This document shows positions 49,446 through 59,617 of a DNA stretch of 64,000 nucleotides, piece after piece (position 1 is the stretch's first letter; every line of letters begins with the position of its first letter). The position numbers and the translations under genes are program-made. The notes under the pieces were generated by a model. That model saw nothing but the letters and a program-made list of their open reading frames with translations, did no database searches and was not told the origin of the DNA. The stretch is taken from contig CAVPCT010000003.1 in assembly GCA_963702475.1 (NCBI GenBank), forward strand, positions 96,001 to 160,000. The letters are read 5' to 3'. Origin of the DNA: an uncultured Thermoleophilia bacterium. Its GTDB lineage: Bacteria; Actinomycetota; Thermoleophilia; UBA2241.

Positions 49446-50516
49446 ATGACCGAGAAGATCCGCCTCACGCAGTTCGCAGCCAAGAGCGGTTGAGCGGCCA
49501 AGCTGGGTCCGTGCGACCTGCAGGCCGTGCTTGACGCTCTCCCGCGCAGCTCCCCCGAGTTCGCGCGGCTGCTCGAGACGCGCGACGATGCCGCCGTCAC
49601 GCGCATCTCAGACGACCTCTGCCTGGTGCAGACGGTCGACTTCTTCACGCCCATCGTCGACTCGGCGTACTGGTTCGGGCAGCTGGCCGCGGCCAACGCG
49701 CTCAGCGACGTGTATGCCATGGGCGCGACGCCGCTCACGGCGATGAACCTGGTGGCCTGGCCGTCAGACCTGGACATGACGCTGCTCGCCGAGTTGCTCA
49801 AGGGCGGCGCCGAGAAGGTCATCGAGGCCGGCGCCGACCTGGCCGGGGGGCACTCCATCGACGACAAGGAGCCCAAGTACGGGCTGGCGGTGACCGGTGT
49901 GGCGCGCCCCGACGAGATCGTCTACAACGGCGGCGCGCAGCCGGGCGACGCACTCGTGCTCACCAAGCGGCTCGGCATCGGCGTACTGGCCAGCGCCCTC
50001 AAGAAGGGCATCGTGTCCGAGGACGACATGATGCCGGCCATTGAGGAGGCCGCCAGACTGAACGCGGAGGCGGCCCGGGCGATGGCGGAGACCGGCGTGC
50101 ACGCCTGCACCGACGTCACCGGGTTCGGACTGCTCGGCCACCTCGGCGAGATGCTGGACGCCTCCGCCGCCGCGGCCGAGGTGGACGTCGCCTCGGTGCC
50201 CCTGCACGACGGCGTGCTCGAGCTGATCGAGCAGGCAGTGTACGCGGGCGGCCTGCGCAACAACCGCGACTACCTTGTGCCGCGGCTGCACGCGAGGGCC
50301 AGTGCGGCCCAAGGCGTCTTCGCCGGCCCCGTCGCCGGACAGGACCCGCGCGTGCTCGCCCTCTTCGACCCGCAGACCTCCGGCGGGCTGCTCATGGCGG
50401 TACCGGCCGCGCGTCACCAGGCCCTTCTCGAGAAGCTCTCCGCTCGGCAGGTACCCGGCTGGACGGTCGGCCGGGTCACCGCCGGGGCCACGGGGTCCAT
50501 CACGCTGCATGTGTGA
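49446..50516 (+). CDS. selD: Selenide, water dikinase, Sec-containing
   Basis: MTEKIRLTQFAAKSG-TGA(49491)-AAKLGP, in frame with DDAAV, QTVDFFTP, NALSDVYAMG, TDVTGFGLLGH, DPQTSGGLL. Confidence 0.95.
49494..49527 (+). other. Putative bacterial SECIS element (selD)
   Basis: GGCC..GGGTC-CGTGC-GACCT..GGCC hairpin directly after UGA. Confidence 0.65.
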
Positions 50517-50552
50517 CGTGACCGGCTGTGGCGCGCCGAGGCCGGGCATCTC

Positions 50553-51107
50553 GTGAGCCCGGAACGAAAGCCGGGCGATGCGGGCTGGAAGCCCAGCGAG
50601 GCGGACATCGCCGGGTCACAGCGGCCGATGGCGGGGCTGGTGCTGCGCATCGTGTCCGTCATCCCGTTCGTCGCTCTCGGCGTGCTCGGGCTGCTGTCGC
50701 TCGTCGCGTGGGCGGCGGTCTTCGTGTTCGGCGTCGGCAATCCCAACGGGTCGGTGTGGACGTGGGCGCAGGGCAGGCCGGCGGGCGAGGTGATCTGGCA
50801 GGTGACGCTGATGCTGCTCCTCGGCCTGGCGTGCGTGGGCGTGGCCGTCGGCTCCATGTACGCCACCATGGTCGGCGTGAAGGAACGGCAGCCGTGGTGG
50901 TTCTGGCCGGCGGCGCAGGCGGTGTTCGGCGGGATGCTCATCCTGCTCATCTGGGGCGCGAGATCACACCCGGCGGGTATGGCGGAGCTCGGGCTCGGCG
51001 GCGTGCAGTGGTGGGTCGGGTTCCTGTGGCTGGCGTTCTCGATCGTCGTGGCCGGACTACGGATGCGCCGCCGTGGGCATGACGGGGGGGATGGACCGGA
51101 TGGCTGA
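50553..51107 (+). CDS. 4-TM membrane protein within the sel operon
   Basis: Four hydrophobic segments; the stop overlaps the selA start. Confidence 0.7.
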   Translation: MSPERKPGDAGWKPSEADIAGSQRPMAGLVLRIVSVIPFVALGVLGLLSLVAWAAVFVFGVGNPNGSVWTWAQGRPAGEVIWQVTLMLLLGLACVGVAVGSMYATMVGVKERQPWWFWPAAQAVFGGMLILLIWGARSHPAGMAELGLGGVQWWVGFLWLAFSIVVAGLRMRRRGHDGGDGPDG

Positions 51108-52533
51108 GAAGGGGAGCGAGGGAGCGGGGGACCGCCAGGCACGGCTGCGCTCGCTGGCGGCCGTCGACGAGGTGCTCCGTGAGCCCGGCGTCGAGGAGCT
51201 GATGGCGCGGTACCCGCGCGCGCTCGTCGTCGACGCGGTGCGCACGGTGATCGACCGTCTGCGCGGGGAGATCCTGGCCGGGGAGGCGGCCGGCGAAGGC
51301 GCCGCCGCCAAGGCCGCGGACCTCACCCCCGCCGCCCTCGTGCCGTGGGTGTCGCGCCTGCTGGAGACGGCGGTCACGCCGTCGCTGCGGCGCGTCATCA
51401 ACGCCACCGGCGTGGTCGTGCACACCAACCTCGGGCGCGCGCTCCTGCCGCCGGAGGCGGTCGAGGCGGTAGCGCGCGCTGCGTCCGGCTACACGGACCT
51501 GGAGTTCAGCCTGGCGCGCGGCGACCGCGCCTCGCGCCAGGACCACGTGCACGACGTCCTCTGCACCGTGGCGGGGGCCGAGGACGCCATGGCCGTGAAC
51601 AACAACGCCGCCGCCGTGCTGCTCTCGCTGGCGGCGACGGCGCGCGGCGGCGAGGTCCTCGTGGCCCGCGGCCAGCTGGTCGAGATCGGCGACGGCTTCC
51701 GTATCCCCGACATCCTTCGCGAGAGCGGCGCGGAGCTCGTCGAGGTGGGCACGACCAACCGCACCTATCTTCGTGACTTCGAGGCCGCCTGGACGGATCG
51801 CACCCGCGCGGTGCTTCGCGTGCACACCAGCAACTACCGCATCGTCGGGTTCACGGCCGAGCCCTCGCTCGGCGAGCTCGCGGGGCTCGCCCACGGGCGC
51901 GGCGCCGTGCTGGTGGACGACCTCGGCAGCGGGGCCTTGGCGGGCCTGCCACTGTTCGCCGAAGAGCCGTCGCTGCAGGAGAGCGTGGCAGCCGGCGCCG
52001 ACATCGTCACGTTCAGCGGCGACAAATTGCTCGGCGGTCCCCAGGCCGGCATCGCCGTCGGCACGGCCGCGGCCATCAGCCTGATGCGGCGGCACCCGCT
52101 CGCCCGGGCGTTGCGCATCGACAAGCTCGACCTGGCCGCTCTGGACGCGGTGCTGCGGCTCTATCTCGACCAGGAGGGCGTCGTGTCGCGCGTGCCCACG
52201 CTCGCCGCTCTCTCGGCCTCTGTCGAGGTCGTGCGCGAGCGCGCCGGCCGGCTACGCGGGTGGCTCGAGGCGAAGGGCGTGCCCGCCGGCCGGCTCGAGC
52301 TCATCGACACCGTCGCCCGCGCCGGCGCCGGCGCGCTGCCGGTCACCGAAGTCCCCAGTGTGGCTGTCGCGGTCGACGTGGGCGGCGACGTGGAAGCGGT
52401 CGTCGCGGCGCTCAGGATGGGCACGCCGGCGGTGGTGGGCCGCGTCCATGAGAGCCGTCTGCTGCTCGACCTGCGGGCCGTCACCGACGCGGAGCTTGAG
52501 GACCTGGCCACGGCAGTGGCCGCCGCCGTTTGA
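51100..52533 (+). CDS. selA: L-seryl-tRNA(Sec) selenium transferase
   Basis: RVINATGVVVHTNLGRA, VNNNAAAV, EVGTTNRT, DLGSG, FSGDKLLGGPQAG. Confidence 0.96.
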   Translation: MAEKGSEGAGDRQARLRSLAAVDEVLREPGVEELMARYPRALVVDAVRTVIDRLRGEILAGEAAGEGAAAKAADLTPAALVPWVSRLLETAVTPSLRRVINATGVVVHTNLGRALLPPEAVEAVARAASGYTDLEFSLARGDRASRQDHVHDVLCTVAGAEDAMAVNNNAAAVLLSLAATARGGEVLVARGQLVEIGDGFRIPDILRESGAELVEVGTTNRTYLRDFEAAWTDRTRAVLRVHTSNYRIVGFTAEPSLGELAGLAHGRGAVLVDDLGSGALAGLPLFAEEPSLQESVAAGADIVTFSGDKLLGGPQAGIAVGTAAAISLMRRHPLARALRIDKLDLAALDAVLRLYLDQEGVVSRVPTLAALSASVEVVRERAGRLRGWLEAKGVPAGRLELIDTVARAGAGALPVTEVPSVAVAVDVGGDVEAVVAALRMGTPAVVGRVHESRLLLDLRAVTDAELEDLATAVAAAV

Positions 52534-52562
52534 GCGGAAGTCGTGGCGCCAAAGGAGCACAC

Positions 52563-54518
52563 ATGACCGGGGACCAGGGGCGGCGGCCGGACCCGGGCCG
52601 GCAAGCGCCGCTCACGCTCGGGACGGCCGGGCACATCGACCACGGCAAGACGGCGCTGGTCACGGCGCTCACCGGCAAGAACACCGACCGCCTGCGCGAG
52701 GAGCGCGAGCGCGGCATCTCCATCGAGCTCGGGTACGCCGAGCTGACGCTGCCCGGCGGGGCGACGCTCAGCGTGGTCGACGTGCCGGGCCACGAGAAGT
52801 TCGTGCGGACCATGGTGGCCGGCGCCACGGGCATCGACCTCTTCCTCCTGGTGATCGCCGCCGACGACGGGGTGATGCCGCAGACGCGCGAGCACATCTC
52901 CATCATCGAGCTGCTCGGTGTGCGCGACGGCGTCGTGGCCCTCACCAAGGCCGACCTCGTGGACGACGAGCTGCTGGAGCTGGCCGAGGCCGACGTGCGT
53001 GAGTTCCTGGAGACCATGCCCTACGCGGGCGTGGAACTGGTGACGGTGAGCGCGCGGGACGGGCGCGGCCTGGACGAGCTGCTGGCCGCGCTCGAGCGCT
53101 GCGCGTCGCGCGTGGAGTCAGGGCGTCGCGACGGCCCGGCCCGGCTGCCGGTCGACCGCGTCTTCCCGCTCAAGGGTATCGGCACCGTCGTCACCGGCAC
53201 GCTGTGGCGCGGCGAGCTGCGTGCCGGTGACCCGGTGGTGGTCGTGCCCGGCGGCACCCGCACCGCGGTGCGCAGCGTGCAGGTGCACGACCACGAGACC
53301 GAGGTGGTCTACGCCGGCAGCCGCATCGGCGTGAACCTTCGCGGACTGGACCGCGGCGAGGTCGAGCGTGGCGCCTGGCTGGTGGCTCCCGAGCTCGCCG
53401 CGCACGTGGGCCGGCGGTTCGACGCCTGGGTGCAGCTGGTGCCCGGCGGACGGCCGCTGAAGGCCGGCGACCGCGTGCGTCTGCACCACGGCACTGCGCA
53501 GTACGTGGCGCGCATCGCGCCGCTCGAGGGGCGTGAGGTCCCCGGCGGCGCGCAGGCGGCGGCGGTCGTGCGGCTCGACGGCGACGCCGCGGTCGAGCCG
53601 CACGACCGCTTCATCCTGCGCGCCCTCTCACCGGCGATCACGATCGGCGGCGGCGAGGCTCTCGCGACCGGCCCGCGGCACTGGCACGACCGCGCCCGGC
53701 ACGCCGCCTATCTCGCGGCGGTGCGGTCCGGCGACCCCGTCGCCGCGGCTGAGGTCGCCGGCGTCGACGCCGGTGCGGCAGGGGTCACCGCCGCCGATCT
53801 CGCGGCCGCCGGCTTCTCGGCCCGCGAGGCGGACAGGGCGCTGGCTTCGGCGGTCAAGGCCGGCCGGCTGGAGCCGCTGCCGGCGGCCGCCGACCGTCCC
53901 GACGCCGGCCGCTGGTTCGCGGCCGGCGTGCTCGACGGCCTGCGCGAGGCGCTCGTGGCCGCCGCCGCAGAGCGCGCCGGTGCGCGCCCCGAGCGGCCGT
54001 TCTCGAGCGCCGCCGAGCTGGCCGCCGCGGCGCCGCAGCTGCCGTTCCGCGAGGTCGACGCGATCCTGCAGCACCTGGTCGCGGCGCAGCGGCTGGTCAC
54101 CGGCGAAGGCGGCTACGCCCCCGCCGGCGCCGGTGTGCTCGGCGGCGCCCAGGAGGCGCTCGCTGCGGCGGTGCTCGAGAGCCTGGACGAGACGCCGTTC
54201 ACCCCGCCCACGCTGGCCACGCTCGCGGAGGCCCTTGGACGCCCGGGCCGCGAAGTCACCCAGGTTCTTGAGGTGCTGGCCCGCCGCGGCGACGTGGTGC
54301 GCGTCGACAAGGACCTGTGGTTCGCCGGGCCTGCCGTCGACCGGGCCCGGGAGGCCCTCGAGGAGATGCTCGCGGCGGCGCCGGTCACGCTGGCTGCGTT
54401 CCGCGACCGGCTCGACTGCGGGCGCCGCAATGCCCAGGCCCTCCTGGAGCTCTTCGACCGGGAGGGCCTCACCCTGCGGCGCGGCGACGAGCGCATCGCC
54501 CGCCGCCGGCGCGCCTGA
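52563..54518 (+). CDS. selB: Selenocysteine-specific elongation factor
   Basis: GTAGHIDHGKT, RGISIELG, DVPGHEKF, TKAD, C-terminal winged helix (FRDRL..GRRNAQALLE). Confidence 0.96.
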   Translation: MTGDQGRRPDPGRQAPLTLGTAGHIDHGKTALVTALTGKNTDRLREERERGISIELGYAELTLPGGATLSVVDVPGHEKFVRTMVAGATGIDLFLLVIAADDGVMPQTREHISIIELLGVRDGVVALTKADLVDDELLELAEADVREFLETMPYAGVELVTVSARDGRGLDELLAALERCASRVESGRRDGPARLPVDRVFPLKGIGTVVTGTLWRGELRAGDPVVVVPGGTRTAVRSVQVHDHETEVVYAGSRIGVNLRGLDRGEVERGAWLVAPELAAHVGRRFDAWVQLVPGGRPLKAGDRVRLHHGTAQYVARIAPLEGREVPGGAQAAAVVRLDGDAAVEPHDRFILRALSPAITIGGGEALATGPRHWHDRARHAAYLAAVRSGDPVAAAEVAGVDAGAAGVTAADLAAAGFSAREADRALASAVKAGRLEPLPAAADRPDAGRWFAAGVLDGLREALVAAAAERAGARPERPFSSAAELAAAAPQLPFREVDAILQHLVAAQRLVTGEGGYAPAGAGVLGGAQEALAAAVLESLDETPFTPPTLATLAEALGRPGREVTQVLEVLARRGDVVRVDKDLWFAGPAVDRAREALEEMLAAAPVTLAAFRDRLDCGRRNAQALLELFDREGLTLRRGDERIARRRRA

Positions 54519-54569
54519 ACGCCGCGCCGGCCGGCACCCGAGCGTCGCGCGGCCCGCCGCCCGGCGCGG

Positions 54570-57500
54570 TCACCCCTCCGCGAACGAGGCCACCTGGTCG
54601 CGTCCGCGCCGCTTGGCCAGGTACATCGCCCAGTCGGCCTTGTCGAGCAGCTCCTCCCGGCGCGTGGCGTCGCCCGGGTAGGTGGCCACGCCGATGCTCA
54701 CCGTGAGCGGCGTGCCGTGCGCCGCGTAGCCCGCCGCGCGGATGCGCTCGCGGATGCGCTGTGCCACCACGATCCCGGCGTCGCGCGCGGTCTCCAGCAG
54801 CAGCACCACGAACTCCTCGCCGCCGTAGCGGGCCGCGATGTCGATGTTGCGCACCGACTGCTCGATGATATGGGCCACCTCGCGCAGTACGCGGTCGCCG
54901 GCACGGTGTCCGTTGGCGTCGTTGTAGCCCTTGAAGTGGTCGAGGTCGCAGAACAGAACGGTGAGCGGCTGCTCAGTCTCCCTCGCGCGGTGCAGTTCGT
55001 CGGTGAGCCGCTCCTGCAGGTAGCGGTGGTTGTACAGGCCCGTGAGGGCGTCGGTGATGGACTCGATCTCGGCGCGGCTCAGACGGACGGCGGCCGACTG
55101 CAGGATGGTCGCGAAGGTCTGGCGCACGTCGCCGCGCAGCGCCTCGGTCTCGGCACGTGAGAGGGCCGGCAGGTCTGCCGCCGCGGCGGCCACGATGTGC
55201 CCGTTCGAGTCGTAGATGGGGGCGAGACCCGTGACCCACACGCCGAACTGGTCGGCGAACACCGTGTTCACCTCAGGGTGCCGTCCCTCGAGGACTTCAG
55301 GGAGCTCGTCGTCGACGAAGATCTCGTCGCCCAGGTGCGAGTGGTCGGCTTCCTTCTCCTCGGGGTCGACCCCTATCACGAACTTCTTGTCCACGCGTAC
55401 GTGCGTGGTCAGGTACTTCGTCGGCGGGTTGGCGTCCCGGACCTCGCGCAGGATGTCGCGGATCTCCCTGTACTCCTGCGTGTCCTCGTCCTCGCGTGAG
55501 CGGAGAGCGAGGTGCTTGTCCCCCGGGATGCGCGAGGCCGCCTCCGCGGCTATCCGCTCCGCCGTCGCGCGCGTGTGCTCCAGCTCCGAAAGGACCTCGA
55601 GGAAGGCGTCCACCATCGTGGGGTCGAACTGCCCGCCGCGGCACCGACGCAGCTCTCGGAGGCACTGACCATACGTGAGCGCTGCCTTGTACGGTCTCCG
55701 GCACGACATCGCGTCGTAGGCGTCGACGACGGCCATGGCGCGGGCGAGGAGAGGGATGGCGTCGCCCGTGAGGCCGTCCGGGTAGCCCCTGCCGTCGAAG
55801 TGCTCGTGGTGGTGCCGGACGCCGTCCACGAGCGCCTTGGGGAAGAGGGGCCGGATGATGTCGGCGCTGAACACGGGGTGCAGCCGCATCTGCTGCCACT
55901 CCTGCGGGTTCAGGCGGCCGGGCTTCAGCAGGACGCGGTCGGAGATGCTGATCTTGCCGATGTCGTGCAGGTAGGCGGCCTCCTCGAGCGACGCCGTCAG
56001 TTCGGGTCCCCACTGCAGCTTGTGGCCGAGCATCACCATGTACGCGGCCACCCGCGCGGCATGACCCAGCGTGTAGTAGTCCTTGGCGTTGAGCGCCGAG
56101 CTCAGGGCCATGAGGTTGCCCAGGTGCATCTGCTTGATCTCGTCGTAGAGTTGGGCGTTCCTGATGGCCAGGGAGAGCTGCGTGGCCACGTTTTCGAGGA
56201 GCGCGGTGTCCACGTGGTCGAAGGCGTCGGGCGCCGTGCTCGCCAAGGTGAACGCGCCGATGATCCCGGTGTCCGACGGAAGGGCGATGGCGGCGGCCGA
56301 CTGCCAGCCCGGCGTGAGCGGGTGCATCGCGGCGAGACTCGCGTCTTCCGGCAGCCGCATGTGCAGGACGCTGTGAGAGGCCATGGCGCCGAAGAACCGT
56401 TCGCCCAGCGTCTGCAGGTCCGCGCCGGCGACGAGCTGTCCGGGGCCGTCGCCGGTGAGTACACGCTCGATGGCTCCGTCTTTGGCGAGGTACAGGCTGT
56501 AGCCATCGAAGGGCACGAGCCGGTGCAGCTCGTCGACGGCCGCGTCGACGATGACCTCGAGGTCGAGGCTCGCGGCCGTGCGCCGCGCGATCTCGTTGAG
56601 CAACTGCATCTGCTGGTTCGCAGCCTGCTCGCTCGCGAGCAGCTGGTCGAGCTCACGGTAGAGCCCGGCGTTGGCGATGGCCTGTCCGGCTACCTGCGCG
56701 AGGCCGACGATGGTGTCGATGCCGGCGAACGGCCGCGGCTCCCCGTTGTACAGGTCGATGAAGCCCATGAGGTCGCCGCCGCCGAGGAGCGGCACCGTCA
56801 TGGTGGCCGCGTAGCCCCAGGCGTCGGCGTCCGCACGGTCCAGCTCGGTCGTCCCGGGGTCGTGATGGACGTCGAGCTTCACGACCGGGCGCCGCGTCGC
56901 CACGGCCTCGGTGAACGTGCTGAAGTCGGCGATGCGGTAACGGAGGCCGCGGACTGACTGGTCGGCGCCGCGGCCCGCGGTCACGAGGATCTCGGCCTCA
57001 TCGCCGTCCACGCCGTACACGTCGCACAGGTCCGCGCCCGACACCGTGAGGATGCGCTCGGCCACCTTGCCGATGACGGCGTCCACGTCCAGCGAGGACC
57101 CGAACTCCAGTCCGGAGTCGACGAGCAGGCGCAGGTCGCGGTTGCCGCTCTTCAGCCGCTCCATGAGCCCCGCCTTCTCCAGGGAGGAGGCGAGCAGCCG
57201 TCCGACATTGCGGATGAAGTCCAGCTGCCCTGTGTAGTCACGCACCTTGGTGTCGAACACGTCGAGGAGCCCTATGACCCGCCCTTCGACGAACAGCGGC
57301 AGGGAGACCATGCTGCGATAGCCCCAGTCGCGGTAGACGTTCAGCTCCACCTCCTGGAGCCCGGCGGTCTCGAGGTCGCCGATCACCACCGGGGCATCGG
57401 CAGCAAGGGTCCCGGCGACGCTCGGGTAGTCCGCGATCGCGCAGACCTTGCCTATCTCATCCTCGTCCCATCCCCCGCTGTCGAAGCTGGCGAGGCACCG

Positions 57501-59414
57501 CATCACGTCGCCGTCGACCTCCCAGATGTCGCAGTCCTCGGCGTCGAGGATGGTACGCAGGCGCTCCGCGGCGATGCGCGCCAGACGTCCCAGGCCCTCG
57601 GTCTCGTCCAGCTGGTCGCTCAGATCGATGAGCTCGCGGAGGGCCGCGTTGCTCTGCCGCAGGTCTTGCAGAAGATGGGCGTTGCGCAGCGCGTCGGCCA
57701 CGGTGCGGGCGGCGCTGATGAGGAACGGCCGCACCTCGTTGTAGTCGCGCTCACGGGTGTCGAAGATGTCCACGAACCCGACCACTTCGTCGCCGGCCAC
57801 GAGCGGGATGCTCATGTTGCTCTGGAAGTCGAACTCCGCCCACTCTTCGCGCTCCTCGTCGTTGATGCGCGGGTCCCGTGGGGAGGCGAACACGAGGGTC
57901 TCTCGTTCCCGCAGGGCCTCCTCGGTCAACGGGTGACGGGCCAGCGCGAGGACCCTGCCGCGAGCCTCCTCGTCTTCTCCGTGGCTGTCGAAGCTCGCGA
58001 GGCAGCGGATGAACCCCTCCTCCAGCCACCACACGTCGCAGTCCTCCGCCTCGGTGACGCTGCGGATGCGGCGTGCGGCGATGAGGGCGAGGTCGTAGAA
58101 CGAACCGGGTACGGAAAGGCTGGAGGCGAGCTCGACGAGGCTCTGCTGCAGCCGTCCGCGTGTGTCGACCTCGTCCAGGAGCACGGCGTTGTCGAAGAGG
58201 CCCGCGACGAGCTGGGTCACCCCGGTGAGGAACTCCACCTCCTGTCCCCAGTCGCGCTCGGCGTCGTCGTAGAGCTCCACGAGTCCGACGAGCGTGCCGC
58301 TCGAGACAAGGGGCATGGTGAGCGAGCTGGCGTAGCCCCACTCGCGATACCGTGCCACCTCCTCAGGCGACAGGCGCGGGTCTGAGAGGTCGTCGATGAC
58401 CAGCGGCGTGAGGTCGATGAGGGTCCGCTCCAGCGAGGGGTACTTGGCGGTGTCGAGGATGTGGCCGGCCTTGGTGGGATCGGCGCCGTCGCGGGTGAGG
58501 TCGAGGAGGGCACGGATAACGCCGCCGCTCACGCGATACACGTCCACGCAGTCCGCGTTCACCGCGGCCATGAGCCGCAGGGCGAAGCGCTCTACGAACG
58601 CCTCCAGATCCGGGGTCTCCGCCACTTCCTGCGAGAGAGCCATCATCTCGCGTACGGCCTTGTCCCGGTGTTCGAGGGTGCGGTTGGTGGCGGACACGTC
58701 CAGGGCGTGAGCGCAGATGCCGGCGAGGCCGGCGACGGGCTCCACGTGCCCGGCGAGGTCGCGTGAACGGGTATCGCTGAGTTCAACGGCGCCGATGAAC
58801 GAGCCCCGCACCGTCATCGGTGCCCACAGGAGCGAGCGGCAGCCGCGGCGCTGCAGAGCGAGACGGCCGCGGGCCGAGGCGGCGCCGGACGACCCCGGCA
58901 GCGCCGCGGCACTCAACGTCTCCGGCGGACCGTCGAACGGCACCCAGTCCTCCAGGGTCCAGGTGGCGCCGGTGCGGGCAGTGTCGAGCTCACCGCCATC
59001 CACGGATACCGCGAGCCGCAGCCGGCGGCCCTCGCGCACCAGGATGTCGCAGCGAGGCACGTCGACGAGGTCGCAGAGCCGGCGGGCCACCTCCTCCGGG
59101 ACCTGCCAGGGTGCGTCGGTGAGCAGATCGACCAGGTCCAGCCCCGCACGCATGACGGCGCGCGAGTCCTCGGTCTGGCGTTGCAGGCTGGCGACCTCGC
59201 TTGGCTGCGGCAGCGGCTCGCCACCCAGGGTCGCGGCTGCGAGGGCCTCGACGTCGTTCCTCCGGTAACGCCGGTGCCCTCCTGGGCTGCGGTGGACGGT
59301 GATACGTCCGGCGTCGGTCCAGCGACGCACTGTGTTGACGCTGACGCCGAGCAGTCCCGCCACGTCGGCGACGCGCAGCCAGGACGACCCGGTACTCTCC
59401 GTTGCGAGGGTCAT
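54570..59414 (-). CDS. Giant c-di-GMP enzyme: MerR/excisionase HTH, about 6 GAF, HD-GYP, Cache-like, GGDEF
   Basis: VADVAGLLGVSVNTVRRW..SPGGHRRY; repeated GAF blocks; LHDIGK..HHEHFDGRGYP; DLDHFK..RNIDIAARYGGEEF. Confidence 0.9.
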   Translation of the reverse strand: MTLATESTGSSWLRVADVAGLLGVSVNTVRRWTDAGRITVHRSPGGHRRYRRNDVEALAAATLGGEPLPQPSEVASLQRQTEDSRAVMRAGLDLVDLLTDAPWQVPEEVARRLCDLVDVPRCDILVREGRRLRLAVSVDGGELDTARTGATWTLEDWVPFDGPPETLSAAALPGSSGAASARGRLALQRRGCRSLLWAPMTVRGSFIGAVELSDTRSRDLAGHVEPVAGLAGICAHALDVSATNRTLEHRDKAVREMMALSQEVAETPDLEAFVERFALRLMAAVNADCVDVYRVSGGVIRALLDLTRDGADPTKAGHILDTAKYPSLERTLIDLTPLVIDDLSDPRLSPEEVARYREWGYASSLTMPLVSSGTLVGLVELYDDAERDWGQEVEFLTGVTQLVAGLFDNAVLLDEVDTRGRLQQSLVELASSLSVPGSFYDLALIAARRIRSVTEAEDCDVWWLEEGFIRCLASFDSHGEDEEARGRVLALARHPLTEEALRERETLVFASPRDPRINDEEREEWAEFDFQSNMSIPLVAGDEVVGFVDIFDTRERDYNEVRPFLISAARTVADALRNAHLLQDLRQSNAALRELIDLSDQLDETEGLGRLARIAAERLRTILDAEDCDIWEVDGDVMRCLASFDSGGWDEDEIGKVCAIADYPSVAGTLAADAPVVIGDLETAGLQEVELNVYRDWGYRSMVSLPLFVEGRVIGLLDVFDTKVRDYTGQLDFIRNVGRLLASSLEKAGLMERLKSGNRDLRLLVDSGLEFGSSLDVDAVIGKVAERILTVSGADLCDVYGVDGDEAEILVTAGRGADQSVRGLRYRIADFSTFTEAVATRRPVVKLDVHHDPGTTELDRADADAWGYAATMTVPLLGGGDLMGFIDLYNGEPRPFAGIDTIVGLAQVAGQAIANAGLYRELDQLLASEQAANQQMQLLNEIARRTAASLDLEVIVDAAVDELHRLVPFDGYSLYLAKDGAIERVLTGDGPGQLVAGADLQTLGERFFGAMASHSVLHMRLPEDASLAAMHPLTPGWQSAAAIALPSDTGIIGAFTLASTAPDAFDHVDTALLENVATQLSLAIRNAQLYDEIKQMHLGNLMALSSALNAKDYYTLGHAARVAAYMVMLGHKLQWGPELTASLEEAAYLHDIGKISISDRVLLKPGRLNPQEWQQMRLHPVFSADIIRPLFPKALVDGVRHHHEHFDGRGYPDGLTGDAIPLLARAMAVVDAYDAMSCRRPYKAALTYGQCLRELRRCRGGQFDPTMVDAFLEVLSELEHTRATAERIAAEAASRIPGDKHLALRSREDEDTQEYREIRDILREVRDANPPTKYLTTHVRVDKKFVIGVDPEEKEADHSHLGDEIFVDDELPEVLEGRHPEVNTVFADQFGVWVTGLAPIYDSNGHIVAAAAADLPALSRAETEALRGDVRQTFATILQSAAVRLSRAEIESITDALTGLYNHRYLQERLTDELHRARETEQPLTVLFCDLDHFKGYNDANGHRAGDRVLREVAHIIEQSVRNIDIAARYGGEEFVVLLLETARDAGIVVAQRIRERIRAAGYAAHGTPLTVSIGVATYPGDATRREELLDKADWAMYLAKRRGRDQVASFAEG

Positions 59415-59617
59415 GGTGTCGGCTTCTTCGGCACAACGGCGCCCGAACTTGACCAAAGCTCCCACCGCCAGGCGGCCCGAGGGAGGTTCGGGGGGATGTC
59501 GCCCATCAGACCACCTCGCCGGGCGAATGGTCTTCGGTCTGCGCGCGACATAGCATGTGCGCCACCGTCGGACGCCGACCGGCACTCGCTGCCGTCGCAG
59601 GGAGAGGGAGGGACGCA

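Noticed and set aside
45923-49876. 1317-aa minus-strand ORF and other long antisense ORFs (e.g. 14425-16872, 31948-34419, 34416-37040)
   Set aside because: Shadow ORFs opposite clearly recognisable genes in high-GC DNA; Arg/Gly/Ala-rich with no motifs.
59200-59414. Excisionase-like HTH as evidence of a prophage or ICE
   Set aside because: It is fused to a signalling protein, and no integrase, att site or phage genes are present.
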